Positions 39,361 to 50,732 of a stretch of DNA of 64,000 nucleotides are shown here, one piece after another. Made by a program: the position numbers and the translations under genes. Source of the stretch: Saccostrea cucullata (taxonomy: Eukaryota); the NCBI RefSeq assembly GCF_032062105.1, contig NW_026925150.1:62001-126000 (forward strand), in the 5' to 3' direction. The notes under the pieces were generated by a model, which did no database searches, was not told the DNA's origin, and was given only the letters and a program-made list of their open reading frames with translations. The stretch's first letter is position 1, and each line of letters opens with the position of its first letter.

Positions 39361-42300
39361 GTTTTTGCATACTAGGTACTAGAGAGAATTGCATTAGTAC
39401 ATACATGCTAACATGAGAAGTATTTTTATGAAAAAAAAATTGATATGAAGTAATGTATATTTTCTCAATATCTTCATAAAATTTCCGATCATCCAATCCT
39501 TTCACAATGTATGTTTTCTTTTGATCAACATCTTTATGTTACTGTTATATTATTCTGCACACATCAGTAAAAAGAAGGTAATGATTCAGAAAATTTCACA
39601 TTTCAGATACTTTTACTTCAAAATATAATTGGATACCTAGGTTTATCTCACACAAGGAAGTCTCTGCTTATAAAGGTAAAGTGTACACCCTATATATATC
39701 TTCCTTAGTGTGCATGTATTTCTTTCTTTTTTTTTTTACACTATCTTGTATGGCAAGCAAGTGCATGTAAACTCAGATAAGGAATTTTTTCTTTGGATTT
39801 TTATTTGCCTTTTTATGATTGTTAGATGTTGAAGGAACTTTATTAATAAATTTGTTTTATCTGTCTTAGTTGTTGAGGGAATTTCTGTTTTGTCTTTGTT
39901 AGCCATTGACATGATTGAGGGAGCTTCTATATTTTTTTTTACCCTTGTTAGATGTTGATAAGGACCTGTGTTTATTTTTAGATGTTGAGGGATTTCTCTC
40001 TATTTGCTTATAATTAGATGTTGAGGGATTTCTCTCTATTTGGTTATAATAAGATGTTGAGGGATTTCTCTCTATTTGGTTATTTTTAGATGTTGAGGGA
40101 TTTCTCTCTATTTAGATATTTTTTTGATGTTGAGGGATTTCTATCTATTTGGTTATTTTTAGATGTTGAGGGAGCTTCTCTCTATTTAGATATTTTTTTG
40201 ATGTTGAGGGATTTCTCTCTATTTGGTTATTTTTAGATGTTGAGGGATTTCTCTCTATTTAGATATTTTTTTGGTGTTGAGGGATTTCTATCTATTTGGT
40301 TATTTTTAGATGTTGAGGGAGCTTCTCTCTGTTTGGGGTGACAGCAGTGCCCTGAAGCACACCTCTGTGGAGCAGCATCTGTACATCACAAAGGCTCTAT
40401 TTATAGGACTGGGATTCCTCAAAGAATCAGACAAGGCAGAAATCAGAGAGGGTAAGTACTGATAGGGGAATCATGGTTAATGTGTACATGCAAGGACAGC
40501 AAGCAAATATGTGTGTTTTTGAAGGAATTTAATCTGACACTGTGACAGTTTCTCCAGACATTATCCATTTTGATATGTAATTGTAAAAGTAAATTTTATT
40601 TTTAAAGTTTGGGGTATTCAGTCTTAGTTAATCCAAAGAACAGGAGGCAGGTAGGGCTGTTCATGAAACTTTTTATCTCACAATCTAATTAAAATCAGCT
40701 TTCTTAGATCCGCACCATATTCACTCTGATTGCATACGTAAGAAGCAGAGTGGATACGGCGCGGATCTAAGAAGTCTGAGTTTAATTAGATTGTATTGAC
40801 ACACTACTCAAAACCTTACTGTTATAGGAAATTTTATAAATACCTGTATAATTGTTGAACATGTATGTTTTAGAGATTTGATAATCCTCTTGTAAGAAAT
40901 GAAGTTCTTTTTTTTGGTGACAGATTTTATCCAGCTACTGATGCCTGGTATACAATGTCACATTGCAAGTTCTGATCACAGAGTTCGGAAAGTTGGCATG
41001 ACTCTAGCCGAGACCATGTCAGCTGTTCTAGATCCCAAAGGTCAACAACTAAAGTTTGAGGTAAGAAGTAAAAATAATCATAAAGGACAAATAATCATTT
41101 TTTTTAGGCCAACACCAGTGATTATTCAGTTTATAATAATCAGTTATGATTTATTGATAAAGGAAATTGGTATAACATATCTAGTTTTTTCCTTAAACAG
41201 AAATGTTGCACTACCCCAACCAGAATAGATTAATACACTGTACATGTAATTTATTTATCAATTGTCACATTGAAAACATCTTCCTCAAACTTTCACTTTC
41301 ACAAGTCAACTTAGAAAATATTTTATATCAATGTTTAAACATGTATAGTAAAACTCTGTGCACAAGAAAATTTGAATTGAAAATTTTTTTATTGTTTAAA
41401 AGTACATGTGTATTACAATTTTGTATACTTATTCAATATGTAAGTAATTGAAATAAACTGATCAAAATTATGCCATTGGCTGCTGTGCATATGTAAATGC
41501 ATATATAACTATGTAAACAAATATCTGAATAGTTTCAAATTGGTTTATGATTGTACATTGTATGCTGTTTATTTCAGTTTCCCAGAGATGAGGAAGTAGA
41601 ATACTTGGTTTCCTTGACAACACCACCACAAGATCCTGGGCTACAGGGTGTTACAAAGTTAGTGTCTCTCAATTGACAGAAAAATTATCATGCTGTAAAT
41701 AATTCAAAAACAATTTCAATTTGGATATAAGAAAGTTAAGAGAATATATCAATGTTGTTTAGTTGGACATAGGACTGCAAGGTTTGATTTGGTTATGTAC
41801 TGTTTTTAACAAGTTTAAGTATAATTTTTTATACTCTCTGAAAATTTATTCTGAAAGCTAGGTGTAATTTTCACATTGTGAAAAAGAGCAGGTTAATTTT
41901 TACAGAGTTAAATTATTAGTTACATGACTTTAGTTTTTTTCTTCATATCATTACAGTGGGATGAGTGATGTACATATTACTCCAGCAACGAGTCAAGAAG
42001 ACGTTCTATCAGAGAGTAGAAATGAAGAAAGGGAGACTAATCTACAGATTGACCCAGATTTAGATAGGTTTGTCCTTATTTTTATACCAAGATATTGATT
42101 TAAAGATTTTATTTTTATGACAATATTTTTATCATTGATATTATGTTATTAAACATGTACATGTAATATCTATATGCTCTTTCAATCTATGTATAAAATT
42201 CGATTATAATTTTGCATGTTTTTCTTTTTAAAAAACACTGTAACAGTTGCTCTGTATCCTTATTTGATGGAGCTAATATGGACTAAAACAATGGTTTGCA

Positions 42301-45300
42301 TTTTATTATGTATAGTATTATATTCTGTTTATTAAGATGAATATTGATATTTTTCAGTGATGATGATCTAGTGCCATACGATATGTCTAACGACAAAAAG
42401 TTGACAAAGACCAAACAGCCTAAATACATCAGAGACTGCATGGAAGGTATTTTAGAAACTCCCCACCCCCTCCATTTTCCACTCATAATGTAATTTTAAA
42501 CATTATTTGCAGAGTATGCTCTTTGAAATTTGAATTTTATAAGTTCTTTGAATTTCATTTTTTTATTTGTAGGATTAATCAGTGTTGATGATCCAGAAAG
42601 ATTAGAAGTGTGTCTAGGTGTCACAGAAGCTTTGATCCGGAGGAATCCAGATGGGCTCTTGGAAGTAAGCCATTTGTTATTAAAGTCTTTATTCTAAATT
42701 AGTCAAGATATTTCATCCATTTTTAAAATTTCACATTTATTATTTACTTTTCAAATGTTTTAAGAGAAAAAATATTAGTTTGGTAAAAAAGAAAATATCT
42801 TTCTTTTTAAAAATACATTGAAGCATCAAGTTTAACACTTTATATCCTATGTAGATTGGTATTCCAACCTATTTAGAACAGTACTCTTTGGCCTTCATAG
42901 ACTGGTTCTTTTTGACCTACTTAGACTGATACTCTTTGACCTACTTAGACTGGTACTCTTTGACCTACTTAGACTGGTACTCTTTGACTGGTACAATATA
43001 CTCTTTGACCTACTTAGACTGGTACTCTTTGACCTACGTAGACTGGTGCAATTTGATAAGTTTTTTTGACATGGTGCACTTTGCTATCACCTGGCAAGAA
43101 CTTTTTTTCTTAACACGTTATTAAAAATAGTGCTTATGTACATTGACAAGTTGGCGATATCCATTGTTAATTTTAAACTGCTAATAACAAAAATCTCACA
43201 CATACACGTTGTTTTAACTTTAAATCAACAGAGGTTACGAAAAATGAGAAAATAAACAATTAAAACAGAGAGAAAACAACAACAAACGTGCACTACATTT
43301 GCATAAAAACAGCTCGTACTATGAATTACTCGGTTTTGTAGGTTCAAATCATACCACGGTGGCCCGTAAAATTTACGTGAACATTTCATGTATATAACAT
43401 TTGTTATATATTGTGCCATTTATATTGGGAAAAAGTTAAAAACAAGGTAATTATTTATAAAAGTGCACTGTGAAGAAAACTGATATCAAATTATATAATA
43501 TTATTCAATAATCATTTGTAAGTTGAATTTGTAACAAAGTGATCTTGCTATAGTCAAAGAATAAAAATTTGAATACAATTTAAATCAATTATGATTCAAT
43601 TTAAATATCAATGAATTAAAACCGATATATCTTTAAAAAAAATGTTTTTCCTCTCCTGATCGATTGGCTAAATTTCAGAGCCATGGCTCAAATTTTTTAA
43701 CCTCAAAGAAACGTTAAATATTTTTTAAATTCTTATTACTGGATTATTTCATTCCCTTAACATAGATGTTGAATTTCTCCTAAAAAAAAGTTTTATAATC
43801 TCAATGCTTGTGTATTTATTTTGTATTTAAATGTTTCAGGTATCCACCACAGATTTGACTCACACACTGGTGGTTTTGCACCAGAGCAGGTAATTATTTC
43901 TGTGGAGAAAACTATTATTGACAAGCAGTGTATTTTGCATAGTTTGTAAAAGAAAATCTTTGTGGTTAAAGTTGAACAAAACGATGCTACTATCATGAAA
44001 ATCGAATAGTTTTATTCTTAAGTGAAATTATGAGTAGAAAGGTTGAGGGATGTAAACAGTCCATCTAACATTCTATTTCCCTTTTAAGCAGTTAAGCATT
44101 TTAGCATTCACAACCTGTTCACAATGTGCCATGTCCCTGTATACAGTCATATAGTATATTTTTTATTCAAGTGTATTTGACCACAGTTTTTTTCTGAGAC
44201 TGACTTATCATGTGCATGTGTAATCATTAAATTATGTAATTTCTGTATTTTGTAATTTTCTTTTTATCATCAGCAATTCTACAGTTTTATAGAATTGTAC
44301 ATGATAATAATATTAATTTATAATATGCAGATGTATTACATTTTAATCTTTGGCAAACCTAATTAATATCTATCATTAATAGGTCTTAGGAGCAGCAGCC
44401 CAGGAGCTTTCTCAACCCTCAGAATCTCAGCCAATAGAAAAAGAGAAACCGTCCAATAAAATTACGGCACTGGATTCAGAGGATTCTGCTGAGGGCTGGA
44501 GAGAAATCGTCAAACAGAGGATAGAGAGTAAGACTAGGAGATTTGGGAGAGGATCCAGAAAAGAGGTGGTGACTACTAAAAATAAGTTTTCTCCTGTGGC
44601 AGGCTGCTTCTTTTACCCGCTCATGGCCAACTATGACAGGTAGAGATTTTGTTGTTGTTATCAGTTTTTTGCATCTTGTGTATTTATTCATTGAGAAGTA
44701 TATGTGATTTATCAACAAAAACAAATGTTGGAATTTATTGTATAGAAGTTGTTGTCTAAAGTTATGTATTTATAATTTAATTTTATTTGTATTCTCGCCT
44801 CTCATTGGTTGATTTCCAAAAAGGAACGCATAACATTTTGTATAATCTTCATTAAAGTGACACAAATTAAACTACACAGTTGTAATCATCATATCCATGC
44901 AATCCCATTATTTTTTAATGAAATCTGGAAAATTCAGATTTAATAGCTCTATCTTTAAAAACACTTCTCTCTACCTCATTAAACACACATCATGGCTGCT
45001 AAATTTTGTATGTAACCTCAAAAAGCTTCAAATCACTTCCGTTACTACGGTAGGTGCGGTAAATTTATACTTGTAAAAAGCAACACAATTTTACACCGAA
45101 AGTTGCTTAATTACTAGTATAATTTTAAAATTAAATTATAAGGAATGACTTTGATTTGATGGCCATATTATCTTGTATAATCTGGTTGTGTATACACTAG
45201 GAGTCAGTTTACGCTTTATAATCCGCAAAGCGTTATTTTTTTAATGAAATCCTTCAATTCAGGTGTAAGGACCTTGTTCAAATTTTAGGCATGATTATTT

Positions 45301-47397
45301 CATTTGGTAAAGTCATATGTACAAATTTTGTATGAACTTCAAAAAGTGACAAAAAATTCAGCACCTGTAGGTGCAAAATTTATACTTGTTCATAGATCAT
45401 TTGATGTATCTCTTTTATTTGTTGCTTGAATTTATAGGAAAGAGAATACCTTTGATTTGATGGGAGAGGACAGCCTTGTATTAGGCAGGCTTGTGTATAC
45501 ACTAGGAGTCATTATCTATGCTGCCATTAACACCCCAGTGAGTCAGCAATATTACATTATTCAATTTGATGTTCAGCTTTTCAAATTTTAGGCATGTTTT
45601 TACATTTGGTAAAGTCATATGTACCAGGCATTTTTTAAATACAGATCTTTTTTGTTTTTAAATTCAGAAAACATAATAGAATATTTATTTTGTTTATTGT
45701 TTACTTTTGCAGGCAGTTAAACAAATGGCTGACAGATTGCTGGAGTTTTTGTGGGTCATTAGATTCCATAGTGATGTGTGAGTATAGTGTTTACTTTTAT
45801 AGGCTGTGGAAAGGAAATACTTGTATTTATTTATTATAAATGTAACAGTCATTAGTTGGTGAAATACCAAGTCTCAAAAAGGACTCAAACCCAGGGCCTC
45901 TGGCATACCTTGCCAGCTCTTTAACCAACTGAGCTTTCTAAGAGATTTATCATGGAAGATACAGATTTACTGATACTAAAGGCATCAATTCTTTTGATAT
46001 TTCAGGAGTGTTCGCCATGCTGTTTTGTTTGCTGTTTCCATGGTGATTCTATCTGTACCAGGACATATTTTACTGACAGACCTACAAAGTGAAATAATGG
46101 AGACCAAACACTGGCTGGAGGGTAAATTAACGGACTCTGAAAAATTAAAGAGAATGTTTTTGTTTTTTAAAATTTAAAAAATCATCTTGAATTAGAATTT
46201 TAATGATATTCATGTTTGTAAATGTCCAGAAACCTGCATGAAGATTTTCTTTTCCAATGCTTTTTTTAAAAATATCATTTTTGCATGGAATGAACAGAGT
46301 TTAGGTAGATTTAACATTTTAAGATAAGGAAGTTAGGGCTACATGGACATCAGGCAAGGGGGCTACATGGACATCAGCCAAGATAGCTCTGTGGTAAAGC
46401 ACAGGGGCCTTGGGATTTTTTTTCCCAGATCAGCAACATATTATTTTTATTCGATCCTTCATTCCTAGCACAAAGGGATTATCATACTAAAAAGATTTTC
46501 TTGCAGATGTTGTGGAGAAAGATGTCAATGCTGAATCTAAGAAGATGGCCATACAGAGCCTTGTTCTCTTGGAAAATGTCATCAAACAGGTCGAGATCAG
46601 TTTCTTATTAAATAAAACAGTAAAATTAAGAAAAAAATGTTTTTTTGAAAACGTGAGGATCGAGGTCTTAAAAATTTTATCATTATTGTTCTTTTTCATC
46701 CTATCTGAAAGTGAAAGGAAGTTGTTAAACAAATGTCTTTGTCATTGAGTTCACAGTTGCATGAAAGTTAATCAATATAGATTACTTAAGAAATAAGATG
46801 ACATTTTTAGAGTTTTATTGGGATGTGACATGAAGTCGGTCACGTGATCAAATTCTATAATGCCCGAAAGGCATTATTATAGTAGATTTGATCACGTACC
46901 GCCTTCATGTCACATCCCAATGAAACTCTAAAAATGATATCTTATTTCTTATACTTATATTTTACTTTTTTTCGTGGTACAAGGAAAATAGGCGTTATTT
47001 GGCCATTGTTATAGAAATGCAACATAACGTAACTACAGCATCATATGACGTCACAGTCAAGACTTTTTAATAGTCTCGTGCGGTTTGCCCAACTGGATGT
47101 CATTAAAAATTGAATGTCAATTTAATTTATATTGTCATATAAGGAAGGAATTTAACAAAGGTAAATATATGTACATGTATCGGGCCTCAATAGCTCAGTG
47201 GTTAGAGTGCTGGCATGGTACACCAGAGGCCCTGGGTTCAAGTCCCGGTTGAGACTTGACTTTTCACCACCTGTGACATCTTGAAATTTTTTTTTTACAT
47301 ATGATTGCCTTTCCTTATTTGTGTCATGCATTGTATATTTATTCTTATAAGAATGATTTTTTTGTAGGAATTTACCAAAGGGGCTGACCTGACTTGA
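34652..47397 (+). CDS. TELO2: Telomere length regulation protein TEL2 homolog (TTT complex subunit), 18 detectable coding exons
   Basis: GT-AG exons with consistent phases: 34652-35001, 35543-35734, 36379-36533, 37655-37802, 38219-38321, 39607-39675, 40310-40451, 40924-41060, 41578-41657, 41957-42067, 42358-42446, 42573-42664, 44383-44639, 45438-45537, 45713-45777, 46006-46121, 46507-46589, 47368-47397. TELO2-like motifs: [104 protein letters not shown]. Confidence 0.92.
35085..35300 (+). repeat. Degenerate tRNA-derived SINE in TELO2 intron 1
   Basis: A-box-like tagctgattaagtagagc, B-box-like ggttcaagtcc, followed by a core-like segment. Confidence 0.5.
36769..37631. mobile_element. hAT-type MITE in TELO2 intron 3
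   Basis: TAGGGCTG...CAACTCTA termini, aatatatcgc sub-repeats, 8-bp TSD CTTTATTC (36761-36768 and 37632-37639). Confidence 0.85.
38369..39360 (+). mobile_element. Helentron-type non-autonomous element carrying ~166-bp Cg170-like satellite monomers (TELO2 intron 5)
   Basis: subTIR gctcacctgag/ctcaggtgagc, (GTCC)n microsatellite, 4-5 monomers with ~166-bp period, 3' palindrome ggcccatgggcc. Confidence 0.88.
39822..40330 (+). repeat. 36-37-bp tandem array of the TELO2 exon-7 splice acceptor junction
   Basis: Unit ttggttatttttag|atgttgagggatttctctctat; about 9 well-conserved and 4 degenerate copies upstream of the real acceptor at 40309/40310. Confidence 0.92.
40680..40794. repeat. ~115-bp imperfect hairpin (mini-MITE) in TELO2 intron 7
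   Basis: acaatctaattaaa...cttagatccgc / gcggatctaag...tttaattagattgt. Confidence 0.7.
42846..43047. repeat. 24-bp minisatellite (tactctttgacctacttagactgg)
   Basis: About 8 copies seen directly. Confidence 0.9.
45870..45936 (-). repeat. tRNA-derived SINE fragment
   Basis: Reverse complement reads agctcagttggttaaagagctggc...gccctgggtttgagtcc, related to 47182-47278. Confidence 0.6.
46787..47147. mobile_element. Hairpin-headed interspersed repeat (unclassified)
   Basis: ~165-bp palindrome 46787-46951 centred on tgcccgaaagggca, with a tail ending atataaggaa; same architecture as 20399-20912. Confidence 0.6.
47182..47278 (+). repeat. tRNA-derived SINE in the last TELO2 intron
   Basis: A box tagctcagtggttagag, B box ggttcaagtccc, non-tRNA tail ttttcaccacctgtgaca. 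Confidence 0.7.
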
Positions 47398-47652
47398 AGG
47401 AAATGAAATCATTGAGATATTTGCAACTATGCAACTAACACTTGACAGTTATTTAATAGCTTCCAAGTGCAGCACTGGGCCAAAGAGCAAGAGGATTTCG
47501 AAGAATCAGTAATATAGTCACATGAAATAACAAACCTTGACACAAAGTACTTCTCTCAACACTCAATTTAACAAAAGTTTGTAAAACTGATGAAGTATGG
47601 ATTGGCTCTAAATGGAACTGATCTTTGTATTACAGAAAAAAAATTTAGTAGA

Positions 47653-47658
47653 AATAAA
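47653..47658 (+). terminator. Candidate TELO2 polyadenylation signal
   Basis: AATAAA ~255 bp after the stop codon, followed by T-rich sequence. Confidence 0.5.
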
Positions 47659-47726
47659 GTTTATTATTTCTTAGTCAATTGTTACAAGTTTGTAAAACTT
47701 ATGCGATAGTAAAGTCCGTGGGTTTG

Positions 47727-48826
47727 GTCTGTAAACTATTTTTCAAAATGCTACTCCTCCTACAATTTTAGTCTGATTTCAATATTACTTGGCACACAAG
47801 TAGACTACACTAAGATACATAGAATAGTGCATCGGTTTTTAATTTCGATGAACGGTGTTGCCATGGTTACTAAAAATAGAATTTTCTATGAAATTCCTTA
47901 AAAACGCTACTCCTTCTACAGTTTTGGTCTGATTTCAATATTACTTGGCACACAAGTAGACTACACTAAGATACATAGAATAGTGCATTGGTTTTTAATT
48001 TCGATGAACAGTGTTGCCATGGTTACTAAAAATAGAATTTTCTGTGAAATTCCTTTAAATCGCTACTCCTTCCACAGTGTTGATCTGATTTCAATATAAC
48101 TTGGTACACAAGTAGACTACACTAAGATACATAGAATAGTGCATCGGTTTTTGATTTCAGTAAACGGTGTTGCCATGGTTACTAAAAGTAGAATTTTCTG
48201 TGAAATTCCTTAAAAACGCTACTCCTTCTACAGTTTTGGTCTGATTTCAATATTACTTGGCACACAAGTAGACTACACTAAGATACATAGAACAGTGCAT
48301 CGGTTTTTAATTTCGATGAACAGTGTTGCCATGGTTACTAAAAATAGAATTTTCTGTGAAATTCCTCTAAAACGCTACTCCTTCTACAGTGTTGATCTGA
48401 TTTCAATATAACTTGGTACACAAGTAGACTACACTAAGATACATAGAATAGTGCATCGTTTTTTGATTTTAGTAAACGGTGTTGCCATGGTTACTAAAAA
48501 TAGAATACTCTGTGAAATTCATTTAAAACGCTACTCCTTCTACAGTTTTGGTCTGATTTCATTATAACTTGGCACACAAGTAGACTACACTAAGATACAT
48601 AGAATAGTGCATCAGTATTTGATTTCGATGAATGGTGTTGCCATGGTTACTAAAAATAGAATTTTCTGTGAAATTCCTTTAAAACGCTACTCCTTCTACA
48701 GTATCAGTTTGATTTCAAAATAAGTTGGCACACAAGTAGACTACACAAAGAAACATAAAATAGTGCAATGGTTTTTGATAAATACAAACCAGTAGAGCTA
48801 CAATCTCGACAGAGACTTCTGGTTTT
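47727..48826 (+). repeat. 156-bp tandem array (~6.6 copies) in a 5'-truncated Helentron-type element
   Basis: ctactcc starts at 47751, 47907, 48063, 48219, 48375, 48531 and 48687 (exact 156-bp period); gtctgtaaac leader and hairpin-like 3' end. Confidence 0.88.
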
Positions 48827-50732
48827 CTCTACATGCTAATTTATGCATTCTGATTTTGATTATTTGAAACTGAACTTTAATGGTATCTTGAACACCATAG
48901 ATGCCTGAATGTCAAAGTAAGCAATAACAACTTATTCTTCATGTATTTTACATTTGATGTCTCAAATCTTTGGATATTTCATAACAAAGGTTTTCTCTCA
49001 ATCCCATAAAATTTGAGATAACTAGTTTTTAAATCTTAATTTACATTGAATTACCAAATTAATAGTGAGTATAGCGAAGCACTGCACTAACTTTAAGAGA
49101 GAGGAAACAATAAAGAGTGCAGCTATGGTTTTAAAAAGGTCTCTTACAGTACTTGGCTGTCACACGTTTTTCTATCATTGATAGCAAACTAGTAAAGTTC
49201 ATTTGACTCTTAAAGAGATATAAGGCTTTCCAAATATTGACAAGGATGCTTACAAAATGAAGCTGAACACCACAGTTGCAACCATTATTGAAATACCACC
49301 ACTATTGATATAATTATTTCAAAAGTGGTTGAGGGTGCATTTCAATAACAAACATAGGTTGCAATGACTATTGAAATAAAGATTCCAATAATGGTTGAGA
49401 TTTCATTTCAATAACAAACATGTTTTATATTTTCTCCTATTCCTTATTTACATGTACATGACTTTATGTATAAGATTTGGTCTATTTGGATTCAGGCTTC
49501 TGTGTAATAAAATAAAAGCATTGTCTTTAATAAGAAAATCTTCACTGTTTAAAACTTTGGTAACAAGATGAGTTTGTAAAACACTGATACCCTCGTATAG
49601 CAGCTTGCTATGGAGAGGGTTGAATTCTCTCAAATGTATGACAAACACCAAAGGTCAAGGTTAAAAGGTCAGAAATGTTGGTAACCAAAGGTAGGTCTTG
49701 TTTCATGGAATACACCGGTCCTGACTGTGTAATAATTCATACGAAACAGAAAAATAAGCCACTCAAAAACTTCAATGATCTTTAATAAATTGATAAATTA
49801 ATTATGATCAACAAGGAAAGAAATCCATCAAAGAGTGTACGTTATATACAGATAAAATAATTTTATCCAAAACAGTTCTGAGAGTATTAAATAAAATTAC
49901 ATGTACATAAAATTACATGTAATGTATATATAGTAAACCATCAAGCACTGGGCAGAATATGTAGATGATGTATCACAGTATCATTTTATAAGGCGGACAA
50001 ATTAGAAAATAGACATGTCATATATGTGTTCATAAGTATATGAAGTAGGAAATTAAGAATGTGAAAGACAAAAGTTATTCAAAATAAAACAAATACAGAT
50101 ATAAAATTATTTTGCTATATAAAGGGCATAAACAATTAATTAAGGTACAATTTATCACAGTTTTAAACAAATTTCTTTTAAAAATTATTGTGGAGGACAC
50201 AGACTGAGGTTCATAATGGAAAGAAAAGTCTTTGTGTGTTTGATGTATACATTGTACAATCATGTAGACATTGAGCATATGAAACCTTAAACATAACACC
50301 AAGTATTTAAAGAACATTGCATATAAAATGGAAAATTTAGAAAGGTAATTGTGATGCATATTCTCCTTAAAAAATATATCAACTTTTCATATACATAAGT
50401 TAATGTATTTTCAAATGAAGGAAAAAAATTACCCTTTTGTAGAAGAATTTTTCAGGTTATTGTACAGCAATTAATAATTGAAAAGGTAAAGAAGAAAATC
50501 TAACACACTACAAAATAGCTACTCATTGATTTGTGTACATAATGTATGCTACAATGGCTAACAAACTTCTCTTGTCATATGGTAAAATTGCACAAATGAT
50601 TTGCATACAATGTATTTGTAATGAATTGTCACTTCAATCATAATGCAAAACAGAGCATTTCGAATCTGAGTTAAGTCCACTCCCTAGGAACCTAGATGAG
50701 TCAGATCCTCTCCTTTGAATCCCATACATAGC

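Noticed and set aside
42936-43124. ORF with TYLDWYSL repeats
   Set aside because: Translation of a 24-bp intronic minisatellite.
47182-47255. Possible functional tRNA gene
   Set aside because: A and B boxes are present, but the acceptor and anticodon stems are poor and a SINE-like tail follows; related decayed copies lie nearby.
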